Shown: positions 12,799-25,155 of the stretch, piece after piece | Layout of the letters: each line of letters begins with the position of its first letter | Position numbering within the stretch: position 1 is the stretch's first letter | NCBI GenBank assembly: GCA_028534125.1 | Contig: CM052816.1 | Span: forward strand, 20,400,001 to 20,464,000 | Source of the DNA: Lama glama | Taxonomy: Eukaryota | Reading direction: 5' to 3' | Length of the DNA stretch: 64,000 bases | Translations under genes and position numbers: made by a program | Notes under the pieces: model-generated | Database searches by the model: none | Told to the model about the DNA's origin: nothing | The model's input: the letters and a program-made list of their open reading frames with translations, nothing else

Positions 12799-13800
12799 GT
12801 CTACCCCTTGGGTTGCTCAGCTGCCACATGCTCCCTGCCATGTGCGTCTATGAACTTTCATACAACTTGTGTGTTTTGCAAACAAGGTGCAAATATCCTT
12901 TGTACAAACAAAGGTGGTCTTTTCCTAAAAAGGGGAGGCATGACAGCTCAACGGTCACTGTATCTGTACCTGGTGAAGCTAATTATTCTTTTAAGTCAGT
13001 TATGGTTACTTAACTATCTGTAATGTAAAGACAAATAAAAAATTTGAAGTTGATCCCCACCAATAATTCCTCAGCTCAAATATGGGAAAGAACAGCATGG
13101 GAAGAGGAAATTAGTTGTTATATATGCATATAAACAGGCAGGAAAGAACACAGACAAAGCTGTAGCAGTCTGTGTTTCTGTAACTGGTCACAAGGCTGTA
13201 GTTGATATTTACAATTCTTTTCTGTTGCTGCCCTTTCTATGTTCCTTTGCCCTTACCTGGTTGGGGTTTTTAATGCTGGGGTATTCCAAACCTTCATGCT
13301 TGAAGGTCTTAATCCGCAATGGTCTTGCCTTTTTTGGTTGCAGTAGTTTTCCATGAACTTGCAGTGGACATGGAAGTACCAAGAAGTGGTCTAGACAATC
13401 TCCTGGATTCTAGACAGTACTTCCTGCTCCTTCTGTGCAGCTGCAATGTGATTTTGGGAAGAAGGATTGGTAATCCCAGAACGGTAGTCCTCTGTTAGTT
13501 GCAGGAGAAGCCCCCATGGCCAGGGAGCTATCTCAATTTCCAGTTCAGTGGCATCGTTTTTGTGTCTCTAGGTGGAGATTCTTTCCTTAAGTTCCAAGAC
13601 CTCTGAACCAGCAGAGACCAAAGTCTCTGCAAGGATGGAAAGAAAAATTCTGTGAGTGGGTTATTAGCTGTAATGAGAGGAGAAATTCCCATGTCCACCC
13701 CTTGATTCAAGCCCCGTGTTTTCCAGTGTGGGGAAGATAGTAGCATGTGCTGGATGCTGATCCAGAGCATATACTGAATCCTGTAAATCAGGATCCCACC
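12799..13800 (-). mobile_element. ERV-L internal remnant: integrase C-terminal region plus dUTPase (frameshifted fossil)
   Basis: The minus-strand ORF 13528-13977 contains NQGVDMGISPLITANNPLTEF and PPRDTKTMPLNWKLR, matching the remembered ERV-L pol/dUTPase NQGVEVEVAPLTITPSDPLAKF..PPGDTTTIPLNWKLR. DNA at 13240-13460 resembles the downstream ERV-L region. Confidence 0.88.
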
Positions 13801-13859
13801 CTTTCTGGATGTGATCATAACTGATGTTATACCTCTTGGTTGCCCATTTTCTGTCCCCA

Positions 13860-14450
13860 CCACCCTAACCCCACCTGGCCACTTCTTCTCAGCCTCCTTT
13901 TGCTGGCTCCTCTTCTCACCAGCCTCTAAATATTGACCTATCCAGGCCTTAATCCTTGATTCTGTTTTCTTCTGCATCTATACATCCTCCCCAGGCGATC
14001 TCACCTAGTCTTGGGGCTTTGTGTACCTTCTATAGAGTGATGACTCCCAAGTGTGTATCTCCATCCCTGTCTTCTCGCCCTGAAATCTAAACTTATATAT
14101 CCAACCATCTATTCAATAGCACCACTTGTATGTAAAATAGGCACCTCAAAATGAACATGTCCAATACTGAACTCTTAATTCCCTTCTATGGACACACACA
14201 CAACCCGCATATTAATACACAGACCTACCCCTCCCCCAGGCATCCCCACGCCACTTACTGGTCCTCACACTCATATGGTTGCTGCTTAGATCTATAATCT
14301 TGGAATTATCTTTGCTTTCTTTATTTTTCTTATACTCCATCTCCAAGCCTTCAGCAAATGCCATCATCTTTACCTTCAAAATAAATCCAAAATCTGACTA
14401 GTGTTCTACTGATGTTCTACTGCCAACCCCCAAAGCCATCATTATCTTTT
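13860..14450 (+). mobile_element. L2 LINE (5' part; split by the L1 at 14485-17400)
   Basis: L2 motifs gatgactcccaagtgtgtatctcca, tatatccaaccatctattcaa, cacctcaaaatgaacatgtccaatactgaactc. Confidence 0.8.
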
Positions 14451-14484
14451 GTTTGATTGATCAATTGATTGATTGAGTGATTTC

Positions 14485-17400
14485 TTCTTTTTAAAATGAA
14501 GTATAGTTGACTTACAATATTATATTAGTTTAGGTGTACAACACAGTAATTCTGTATTTTTATAGATTATCTCCATATAAAGTTACTATAAAATAATTGG
14601 CTACATGACATCCTTGTGACTTATCTATTTTATACCTAATGGTTTGTACCTCTTAATCCCCCTCACCCACTTTGCCCCTCCTACCCTTCTCCCCTTTGGC
14701 AACTACCAGTTCTCTATATCTGTGAGTCTGTTTTTGTTTTGTTATATTTGTTATATATGTTAATTTGTTTTATTTTTTAGATTTCACATATAAGTGATAT
14801 CATACAGTATTTGTCTTTCTCTATCTGACTTATTTAATTTACCATAATACCCTCAAGGTCCATCCAGGTTATTGCAAATGGATAATTTTCATTATTTTTT
14901 ATGGCTGAGTAATATTCTATTGTGTATATATAGCACATCATCTTTATCCATTCTTCTGTTACTGGACACTTAAGTTGCTTCCATATCTTAGCTATTGTGA
15001 ATAGTGCTGCTATGAAAATTGGGGTACATATATCTTTTCAAATTAGTGTTTTTGTTTTCTTTGGATATATACCTAGGCTGGAATTACTGGATCATATTGT
15101 TGTATGATCTACTGTTGCTCTGTTCTTAATTTTTGGAGGGATCTTTGTATTCTTCTCTCATGTGGCTGTACCAATTTACATTCCCACCAACAATGTATGA
15201 GGGTTCCCTTTTCTCCACATCCTCACCATCACGTATTTCTTGTCTTTTTGACAGTAGCTCTTCTGAAAGGTGTTAGGCAATGCCTCATTGTGATTTTGAT
15301 TTGCAGTTCCCTGATGACTAGTGATGTTGAGCACCTTTTCATGTGCCTGTTGGCATCTGTATGTCTTTTTTGGAAAAATGTCTGTTCAAGTTCTCTGTCC
15401 ATTTTTTTTAATGGGGTTGTTTTTGTTTTGTTTTTTGATATTGAGTTGTAGGATTTCTGTCTATGTTTTGGATATTAACCCCTTACATGATATACCATTT
15501 GCAAATATTTTCTCCCATTCGATAGGTTGTCTTTTCATTTCATTGATAGTTTCCTTCATTGTGCAAAAGCTTTTTAGTTTGATTTTCCCCCATTAGTTTA
15601 TTTTTGGTTTTGTTTCTTTTGCCTGAGGAGACAGATCCAAAAAAATATTGCTAAGACCAATGCCAAAGAAAATACTGCCTAGGAGTTTTATGGTTTCAGG
15701 TCTTACCTTTAGGTCTTTAATCCATTTTGAGTTTATTTTTGTATATGGTGTAAGGAAATGTTCTAATTTGATTCTTTTACATATACCTACACAGTTTTCC
15801 CAACACTACTTATTGAAGAGACTGTCTTTTCTTCATTGTATGTTCTTGTCTCTTTTATCATAGATTAGTTGACCATGTATGCATGGTTTTATTTCTGGGC
15901 TCTCTATTCTTTTACATTGATCTTGTGTCTGTTTTTGTGCTAGTACCATACTGTTTTGATTACTGTACATTTGTAGTATAGTCTGAAGTCAGGGAGTATG
16001 ATGCCACCAGCTTTGTTCTTTTTTTCTCAAAATTACTTAGGCCACTCAGATTCTTTTGCGGTTCTATACAAATCTTAGGATTACCTGTTCTAGTTCTGTG
16101 AAAAATATCATGAGTATTTTGATAGGAATTGCACTGAATATGTAGTCACTTTGAGTAGTATGGACATTAATTCTTCCAATCTATAAACATAGGATATCTT
16201 TCCATCTATATGTGTCATCTTCAATTTCCTTCTTCAATGTCTTACAGTTTTCAGAGTACAGATCTTTCATCTCCTTGGTTAAATGTATTCCTAGTTATTA
16301 TTTTTTTTTAGCTGTAATTGTAAAAGCGGTTGTTTTCCTGAGTATTCTTTCTGACAGTTTATTGTTAGTATAGAAATGCAACAGGTTTTGGTATATTAAT
16401 CTTGTATCCTGCAACTTTACTGAATTCATTTATTAGTTCGAATAGTTTTTTGGTAGATGCTTTAGGACTTTCTATACACAGTATCATGTCATATAGTGAC
16501 AGTTTTATTTCTTCTGCTCCAATTTAGATGCCTTTTATTTCTTTTTCTTGTCTATTTGCTGTGGGAAGGACTTCCAATACTGTGTTAATTAGAAGAAGAA
16601 TCCTTGTTTTGTTCTTGATCTTAGAGGATAAGCTTTTAGCTTTTCACTGTTGAGTATGATTTTAGCTGTAGGTTTGTCATAAATGGCCTTTGTTATGTCA
16701 AGTTATGTTCCCTCTATGCCAACTTGGTTGAGAATTTTTATCATACATGGATGTTGAATTTTGTCAGATGCTTTTCTGCATCTGTTGAAGTGATCATGTG
16801 ATTTTTACCCTTCATTTTATTAATGTGGTGTATCACATTGATGGATTTGCTGATATTGAAACATCCTTCTGTCCCTGGAATAAGTCCCACTTGATCATGG
16901 CATATGATCCTTTTCATGCATCGTTGCATTTGGTTTGCTAATATTTTGTTGAGGATTTTTGTATCTATGTTCATCAGGGATATTGGCCTGTAATTTTCTT
17001 TTATGTACCGTGTTTGTCTGGTTTTGGTATCCAGGTAATGCTGGCCTCATAGAATGAGTTTGGAAGTGTTCCATTCTCTTCAATTTGGAATAGTTTGAGA
17101 AGGATAAGTATTAACTCCTCTTTAAATGTTTGGTAGAATTTCCCTGTGAAGCCATCCAGTCCTTGACTTTTGGTTTTTTGGGGAGTTTTTTGATTACTGA
17201 TTCAATTCCAATGCTAGTAACTGGTCTGTTCATATTGTCTGTTTCTTCTTGATTCAGTCTTGGAAGATTCTATGTTTCTAGGAATTTATCCATTTCTTCT
17301 AGGTTGTCAAGTTTGTTGGCATATTTGCTTGTAGTATTCTCTTATGATTGTATTTCTGTGCTATTTCTATTTCATTTCTAATTTTGTTAATTTGGGCCCT
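14485..17400 (-). mobile_element. 5'-truncated cetartiodactyl L1 (about 2.9 kb; ORF2 RT to C-terminus plus 3'UTR), inactive
   Basis: The ORF 16741-16974(-), [59 protein letters not shown], is L1 ORF2 RT. The L1 3'UTR terminus gaagtatagttgacttacaatat is at about 14497. Frameshifts and stops are present. A (GATT)n tract at 14453-14481 lies at the tail position. Confidence 0.95.
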
Positions 17401-17677
17401 ATTTGCGTCATTTATTACAATATCCCTCTAACCTGTTTTTCACCTCTGCCTCCCTTGAGTTTGTTCTCAGCACAGTAGCCAGGGTGATCCTTTTACAATA
17501 TTCTTCGTAGTACTTACCACAACCCAACATAATCTTTGTTCATTTGTTTATTATCTGCTTCCTTGTGTTAAAAATATAAGTGTCATGAGAGTCAGGACTT
17601 TATTGGTTTGTTCACTGCTGTATCTATGGCCTCTAGAAAAGCCCCTGGTTTTCAGTGGTTCTTTGTTGAAGGAATAA
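17401..17677 (+). mobile_element. L2 LINE (3' continuation)
   Basis: ctcagcacagtagccagggtgatcctttta..catgagagtcaggactt..gttcactgctgtatct..tttgttgaaggaat. Resumes the L2 where 13860-14450 stops. Confidence 0.75.
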
Positions 17678-17691
17678 TTCAGTAAACAAAA

Positions 17692-17830
17692 CATCTTACT
17701 AAATCCTCACAATAACCCTTTGAGGACATTAAAACTTGGAACAATTAGGTAACTCAACCAAAGTCATTAAGCTATCAAGTGGCACATTTGGGATTTGAAT
17801 TCTCTTTTGAGTCCAAGGTTGTAGACCTCA
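17692..17830 (-). mobile_element. MIR fragment
   Basis: aatcctcacaataaccctttgagg..ttaggtaactcaaccaaagtca..gggatttgaa. Confidence 0.6.
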
Positions 17831-19989
17831 GTGCTCTGCTAGACTCTCCCACATATTTGTCTGCTTCCTATGCTCTCAGACCTGAGGAGAATATTTTCTG
17901 AGGATCAGAAATGAAGTATGTAAATCTCCATTTATCAAACTCTGTTCACCAGCAGGATACATTTCCCAAGCCTTTGGTTGGTGTCTGCAGTGGATGGAAT
18001 CCACTTTGCTCCATAGCTAATGGTCTCTCCACTGTAGATTATTCTGGTTCCTAAGAGGGCCCCTCCTTCTGACGTCAAAGTGGGGTGGAGACCAAGGATG
18101 TCATTCATGTGTAGTCTCTGGGCAGCGAGGGTAAAAGGTGTTCCTCATTCTACATCCACGTCACCCATGCAGGGGCCAAATCATAGATAAAACTGCCCAG
18201 AGCCCATGGAATTCAGCTAAATGATCTCCAGGACTCAGGACGTTGGTCTCTAGATTTGTATCCTAGGAAAAATGTCTTAGCAGAAGAATTTTTATTTGAG
18301 GGGAAAGTAAATGTTTTATGGATTCATGCTGATATGTGTGAGAATGATTCTCTATTTCAGCTTTTAAACAGAAGCACAATTTGACAACTTTGGTTTCAGG
18401 TTTACAAGCACTATCTTTTCCGAAGACTAAATTTGTGTGAGCACGAATATACTAATGAAACATGACATTTTCCTCTATTAAATGCACCTTCTCTGGGGAA
18501 GGGTTCTAAAAGAGTTCATAAAACTTCTCGTGGCATTTGGGGAAGCACATCATTATATCTATAGGTGTTTGAAAGCAGAGCTAAAGCCCTCGTGGTGGAA
18601 AAGTACTCAGAGTAATTTAAACTATTAACATCAAAAGACTAAACAGAATACAGAATTAGAGAGAAGTACAGGGATACACGCCTTTTTCCCTTGCACTTCC
18701 CGATAAGGGACTGGCTTGCAAATGTAAGAAATTTCCATTATGACAATATTCACAATTTAATTTTCAGGCTGACACAAACTTGACTCAATTTTATCCTAAG
18801 AAGGCCAGAAGAACAATCTATCTTTTAAACATCTGAGCCTGAAGATTTAGTCAAAATCGGAACCTCATGGTGTTCATGCATCTTCATGTGACAGAAAATT
18901 GGCAATATTAACACTAATGTTTTTTGCTGTTCCACTCCAAACTGGTTATTATCCAACTCTTTCTAAGACTGAGGAGAAGGCTTTTCTAAGAAAAAGAAAA
19001 ATGCAGGGAGAATAGTTTCATTTCAAGGCAGTTTTTGAAGAACTGGAATCTTGAAAGAAGCTAATTAATAAAAAAAAATCTTGTTAAAAGCAGGATCACT
19101 TTCAGAGAGCTAAGAATACATGGAATTTCAAGTGTTCTTAACAAAAGATATTGTTCGAATTTTTCTCCATCTGAAAGTGGTCGAAGAGTAACTAGAAAAA
19201 CCCCAGAGGTGGTGTTAGTCCATGGGGTTACAGGAGAGCAAAACAAACAAATAAACGAAAAGTAAAAAAGTAAACCTCATTTTCCCAAACTGATGTTAGT
19301 GTTACATTTTTTGAAAAATCTTTAGGATAAGATATTTCTTAGCAAACAGATATGATAAGCAGATACTAATCCCCTCACCCACTATTATATTTTTCTGTGG
19401 AGTCTAAAATGCCTCTGTATCCTCTAGTCTACTAAAAATTCAGCACTCTAATCTGTTCATCCATTTGATGATCCCCCAGTCCCCTGGAGTCTGGCCAGGA
19501 GACTTGGGTAGGGAGGGGTTGTGTCTGGAGTGGGAAGTCACCAAGGGCAGAGCTCCAGAGCATCCCAGCTGGTCCCAGGGCCTGTCAGACTCACTGGGGG
19601 CTGACTCTGCAGTCCTGGAGGGAGTCTGGACCTGGAGGCCAGACAGCAGGGCTTCCTAGAGCCAAGGCTGTCAGCAGCAAGGGGCAGCTCCTTCCTGCCC
19701 CTCTGCTGAGTTGGTCACTGAGAGCTACCCAGGTGAGATTAGGGGGCTTTGCTCACTGAACCTTAAATTTTTGTGTGTTCTTCATTTTTGTGTCAACCCC
19801 AGCCAATTTAGGGCGATGGTGATGGGCTTCTTATGCAAACCAGCCTGGAAGGGTTAAATCTCAAGTCCTGAGGCCAGACCTGGCAATGGTCCCTCACTTG
19901 ATCCACTCTAGCTGTGTCAGTGCCCACGACCCTCTCCTTCCTGCCAACAGGCTTTGCACAGGGCGGGGCCTTGACGACTACCATCTCTA

Positions 19990-20120
19990 ACATTGACACA
20001 GCACATCGTCTCACCTGATCCTCAGAAACACTCCTGTGGGTCAATGGCATTGACCTTCTTTAGGTGGAAATTGGGGCCGGGAGGTGAGTGGCTTGCCCGA
20101 GGTCCATGACAAGCAGAAGG
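19990..20120 (-). mobile_element. MIR fragment
   Basis: tctcacctgatcctcagaaac..gaggtgagtggcttgcccgaggtcc. Confidence 0.5.
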
Positions 20121-20289
20121 TCTAGCTTCCTCATACCCTCCGGCCGTGCCTGGGTTGCAATGAATGGGTGGGTGGTTTTAGAATCAGTGACTCCTACTCA
20201 CTCTGTCATGCTGAGATTGGGTGACATTGGCAACAAATATCACTTTTTAAAAGCGTCAATTTAAAAACACTCTCCCCACATTTTAAATT

Positions 20290-20760
20290 ATTCCATGTTC
20301 CCATTTCTGTTCCAAGCTCTTTCTCACATTAGACCCTTTGTGCAAGCTGTTCCTTCTGCACAAATGCTTTTCCTTTAGAACTCGTGCAAAGGAACCACTT
20401 ATCTTTCACGTCTCCACTTAAATGTCATTTCTTGGAGAGGCCTTCATGGGCCCCGCAACCTAACCCCTCCCCCAGACCCTACCACATCACTGTTTCATTT
20501 TCTTTATAGAACAAATCATAATCTGATTTTTTTAACCTTTTTTTTTAAATAGAGGTACTGGGAATTGATCCCAGGACCTTGTGCATGCTAAGCATGTGCT
20601 CTACTACCTCCCACCCCTACAACCTGATTTTTAAGTTTACTGCCTCACTGTCTGCGTCAGCACTAGAGTGCAGTCTCCAGACTTATTCCCTGCAGTGAGC
20701 CCAGTACCTAGACTAGTGCCTGAAACATAGCTTGAACTCAATAAATGTGCAGTGAATGGA
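20290..20760 (+). mobile_element. L2 3' end (host of a SINE insertion)
   Basis: gctgttccttctgc..cttaaatgtcatttcttggagaggccttc..ccagtacctagactagtgcctg..ctcaataaatgt. Confidence 0.75.
20532..20618 (-). mobile_element. Camelid tRNA-derived SINE (Vic-1 type)
   Basis: Poly-T then gaggtactgggaattgatcccaggaccttgtgcatgctaagcatgtgctctac. Diverged TSD ataatctgattttt / acaacctgattttt. Confidence 0.88.
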
Positions 20761-22481
20761 TTTCTTGGCTAAATTAATGAATGTGTGATTATAATGAGAA
20801 ATCTGCCAGCTTATGTTGAGAAGAGTATTTAATTTTCTACCCTGATACCTATGAGCAGGTTCTCTTTTTCTTTACCCACACAACTCATGTGATTTTGCTC
20901 TAATTGAATTCAATTTGCATTTATTGAGCACCTACTGTGTGCCAGGCGTGGCATTCTGACATAACCATCTGTGATTTCAGGCAGCAGAACAAGAAAGATC
21001 TCTGCTATTTCATGTTCATGTGTGCAGTTTTTATTATACCCCCCTGCCCCTGGATGTCTCCTTGATCTTTCCTGCTTCATTCTCTGTGATTGGTCAAGGT
21101 TCCTTTTGTCTTAATGGGGCCTGAATCAATAAAATTTTGCTTTCCTTATTTATTACAGTATGCAGAGAACCTTCCCCTCTTCTGGGTACTTTGTGTGAAG
21201 CGTGGATCCTCAGGCTGACCAGTAGTAGTAGAAATGATAACCCTACAACCCCCCTGTACCTGCAGGCCAGGATTGCGGTGACCTCCAGCATTAAGAAGAT
21301 AGTCAAAAGCTTTGAAGTGGGTGGGGGAAAAAATCTCATGGAGGGGCAAGTTATTATCCAAGTGATGCGTTTTACTTAGTGGGAAGGCAGAAGAGCACTC
21401 AGTATCAAGATCGTTGTGTGTGATAGAAGTTAGCAGGATAGAAGCAATGGTCCATAGACAGCAATGTGCAAGCCCTTCACTCACAGAGGGAGACTGATGT
21501 CCCCGCAGACAATGTAGCCTCCTGGAGTCTCCTGTAGGCCACCACCAGTCCTACAGTGGGGTCTCTGTTGTTGCTGTAGCCCTGCCTTGTCCTGTAATTA
21601 CTGTTATAGTGAGTACAAATGTTTAATAATGTTCCTAAGGCTGCTCATTATTGAGGCAAAACCAGTAAGAATTGCACTGTAGAAAAATTATAGTCAAAAA
21701 ACACACAGATAAGTAAGTCCTGGCGCTAAGAGGAACTTGGAGGGCTTCAATCTTGCTCATCCTGTTTTTTTTGTTGCCTTTGTCTCTCTAATATAGCCCT
21801 TATCAAACTTGGCTTTGCATTAAGGCTCCTTTTACTTAAATCTTTCTCCTTTACTAGGTTTTTGAGTCCCAGGAGGCAGAGAGGATGTTTTATTTATTTC
21901 CATAAATATGTCCATAGCTCTGTGCACATAATAAGCCCCAGATAAGCATTTGTTAATTTGCATAGAATTAAAGTTTGGTATCTGGAAAAGTCACCTAAAT
22001 TGGAGAGTTCAAAGTGGAGGCAGATGAGTTGAATTTGAATCCACAGTGGCCAGTGGACATCCTGAGATGTCAGATTGAGGATGTGAATTGATTACTCAGC
22101 TGATACTGGTTATTTTTGTTGACAAAGTTGGAGTGACAGGAGTGCTGAGAAGCCATCCTAGTTTGAGGGGAGGAAGATCGGCAGTGAGAATCAGCCGGGG
22201 TGGTGGAGCCTGGAGGAGGCGCCCCTTCCACGGGAGGGCCCCCCGCTGGCCCTGTCTGGGGCTGCACCTGTTCCAGGTGACTTCCTAGGCTCCTAATCCA
22301 CAGAGAGAAGGCTGGAGTTGCCTCATGTATGCTCATGACTACCCTACTGTGCCTGCTTTGAGTCGATTCTTCAGGGACCTTCGATGGGAGGCAGCGGCCA
22401 GCTCTCTCCTGAGCCCCACAGCGCAGCTCCGGAGGGACCTCAGCCCCACAATCCCTAGATGCCTGCTCTGCCTTCTCTTCT

Positions 22482-22702
22482 AGAAATGTTTTCTTCTAGA
22501 AATTTTGTAGCTTTAGATTTTACATGAGGTTTTATGATCCTTTTGGCTTATTTTTTTGTATGGTACAAGGTATGGATCAAAGTTCTTTTTGCTTTTATTT
22601 GTTGATTGGTTTAATATGAATACGTAATTGTTCCAGTCCATTTGCAGAAAGACTACCTTTTAACCAGGGATTTGCCTTTGCACCTTTGTCAAAAACCAGC
22701 TC
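22482..22702 (-). mobile_element. Old L1 (L1M) ORF2 3' fragment
   Basis: ttttcttctagaaattttgtagctttagattttaca..aattgttccag..gcctttgcacctttgtcaaaaa. Confidence 0.75.
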
Positions 22703-22704
22703 AC

Positions 22705-22925
22705 TGGTGAGATTGCTTCTGTACTGGCAGAGTAAGGGCCTAGAAAACCTACTCCTTTATAAAGCTGAAGAATACTGATAAAAGTTGTCAAGATTAAGTT
22801 TTTCAGAACTTTAGAAAGTAAGCAAAGGCTTGCAACAATATGAGGAATGTTTATTAAAGAGAAACAGCAGAATCTTAGTAAAAATCAAACTCTCTTGCAT
22901 TTAACTCACTCTGTCCCCACCCCCT
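22705..22925 (+). mobile_element. Old L1M 5'-end fragment
   Basis: tttttcagaactttagaaagtaagcaaaggcttgcaacaa..tttattaaagagaaacagcagaatcttagtaa resembles L1MC/L1MD 5' ends. Confidence 0.5.
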
Positions 22926-25155
22926 TTTCCTATCCCATCCTTCTGGGAGCAGGACCTAGGCTGCAGCTCAAACGACTGGGAGCCCAAGATGGAGAAGGGT
23001 GTGGTTGGCATAGGAGAGCACACAGGTCCTCAGTAGTGTGGGCATTTCAGGAGCTGTGCTTGTGGCTGGACACAGGAGCTGTGTGGGAGTGTGGTGGAGA
23101 CTCCTGAGAATGGGCCGCACCCAGATCTTGTGCAACTCTGTATACCAGGCCAGGATGTGGGCCTTTTCCTTGAGGTTGCTGGGGAGCTATTGATGACTTT
23201 TAAACTGAGAAAGCAGAGAAGCTCAGCCTAGCACTTCAGAAGTCCCTCTAGTTGCGCTGGGGAGATAAGTGTGGAGCATAGAATGAGTGGGGCTGTAGTC
23301 CAGGAACAAACTCACCTTCCCTGAGACTCATTGTTGAAGGAAGAGGCACTGGGACCCTCAGAATTATTGCTTCAGCTGGGGCTTATCTCCTCTGGACTTG
23401 CCTTGTCAGCAAAGCGTGAGTGTGGATATCTGAGATCATATCATAAAAGGATCCTTTACTTGTTCCAGAGGCTCAGTAGGAACCTGACTGAAGGGAGGCA
23501 GGGGGCCTAGTGAGTCTTCAGATGTGCCCTGACTGGTACTGTCAGGTGGAGATGCTCAGAGGTCAGGGCACACCCCAGCCCTTCCTAACCCAGACCATGG
23601 CAGGACTGTTTCCGGGCTGAAGGCTATCCTGCTGCACACCTCCTGGCATCTCTCCTGTATTCTTTACAGAAGGCATTGTCCTCCCGAGCACTTTTGTTTT
23701 CAGCAGGAACAGGTCAGTGTGTAGACGCACTCACAGAGGACAAGCCTCCCAGGGTGCCAGGTGGCCGCCTGGAGCCCCACTTCCCATGCTCAGTCTTTGC
23801 TTTGGGGCTCTCATCTGCTCTACCCACTTGCCAGGAAGATCTGGGTCCCATTTGTTGGCACCCCCCACTTACAGGAAAGTGTATTTAAAGAAGGAATCCG
23901 GAAAGGGTCAGCTGTCTGCAGCCCTAGTAGGTAACCTCAGGCTGGTGAAGAAGTGATTTGGGAAAGAAGGGTTTTCTGGTGCTCTTTAAATCCTATCAGT
24001 GAGGCAGCCAATTATGCCACCTATGTGAGTGTCTAATTATTAAACTATCCTGAATTATGATGCTAATGGCAAATTTGCTAAATGGCAATGAATTTTTAAT
24101 ATCATAATTCACCTTTTCCTCCTCATCAGATTCATTTTCTTCCTAATGTCACTTCTTAAGAGCAAAGGAAACTTGGAAACATTCCTTACCCTTTCTGCTT
24201 GTGACATATTTAGTTAGATTTCATCCCATCTTGGAACTTTTCTGGACTTGTTAAAAGCAGCATGCCCCATGGGTCCTGCTCATTTATTTTAGTGATGACT
24301 TACCCCGCCCCTAAGAATCACTCCTCCTCAGGCAGCTTTACCTCCGGCTTGATGAGGCCATGAGGCAGCACATCCAGGACCCAGCAGAACTGGTGAGGTC
24401 ACCCAAGAGGGGTCTGAGCATCCCCAGGCCTGGCCAGTCTTTGGCTACTGATGAGATCTTGTTAGCAGCATAACTCGAATGCCAGATTGTCTTGTGAGTC
24501 CCCAGCTGCTTGGGCCCTCAGCCCTTCTTAAATGTTTTGGAAGTTCCCTGGGAGTGTCTCTTGGGCTCACAGACTAGTTTGTTCCTGCAGCTTACTGAGC
24601 CTGGAGGAGGTGGAGCTATGTGATACCTGTGGTGGAAGGGAAAAGGTGCTTCTCACCTCTTTGTGCACCTGTCTGCAGGTATACTAGCATTTAGTGAAAC
24701 AAATCCGCATTTTTACTTATAACCCTCCTCTGACCAGATGAATTTGTTGGAGAAAGTCTGATCTACTCACATCCATGTGGCCCTCTTCAGAATCACCCCT
24801 ACCCTCTGACCCTTCAGTTCTGTCTTCTGGCATGATGACTTCTGGGGATACCTCAGATGTGACGGACTTGTGCAGACCCCCACCCCAGTTCATCGAGGTG
24901 CCTACGGTGACTGACCCAGTGGGCCCAGCTAAGAAATTCCAGCGTGAAGCCTATGAGTACATTCTGATGTTGAAAATGATCTTTAAGTTTCACTTACAAG
25001 CTTAGCACCTGCTGGTCCTGTCACAAGGAGTCCCTTAGCCATTCATGGGCTCATGTGTCACAAATGTATAAATGAGGAATGTTAGAGGCATGAAAGGTGA
25101 GAATGAGTCTCTAATTTACCCAAACGCATTGAGTCACTACTGAATAAAATTTCTT

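Noticed and set aside
13528..13977. 149-aa ORF as a domesticated retroviral gene
   Set aside because: The N-terminal part is antisense L2 sequence, ERV-L similarity drops in and out of frame, and the ORF stops within the dUTPase.
21094..21484. Overlapping hydrophobic ORFs as a membrane-protein exon or pseudogene
   Set aside because: No recognisable homology, in-frame stops just upstream, and no poly-A or TSD signature. A BLASTx search would settle it.
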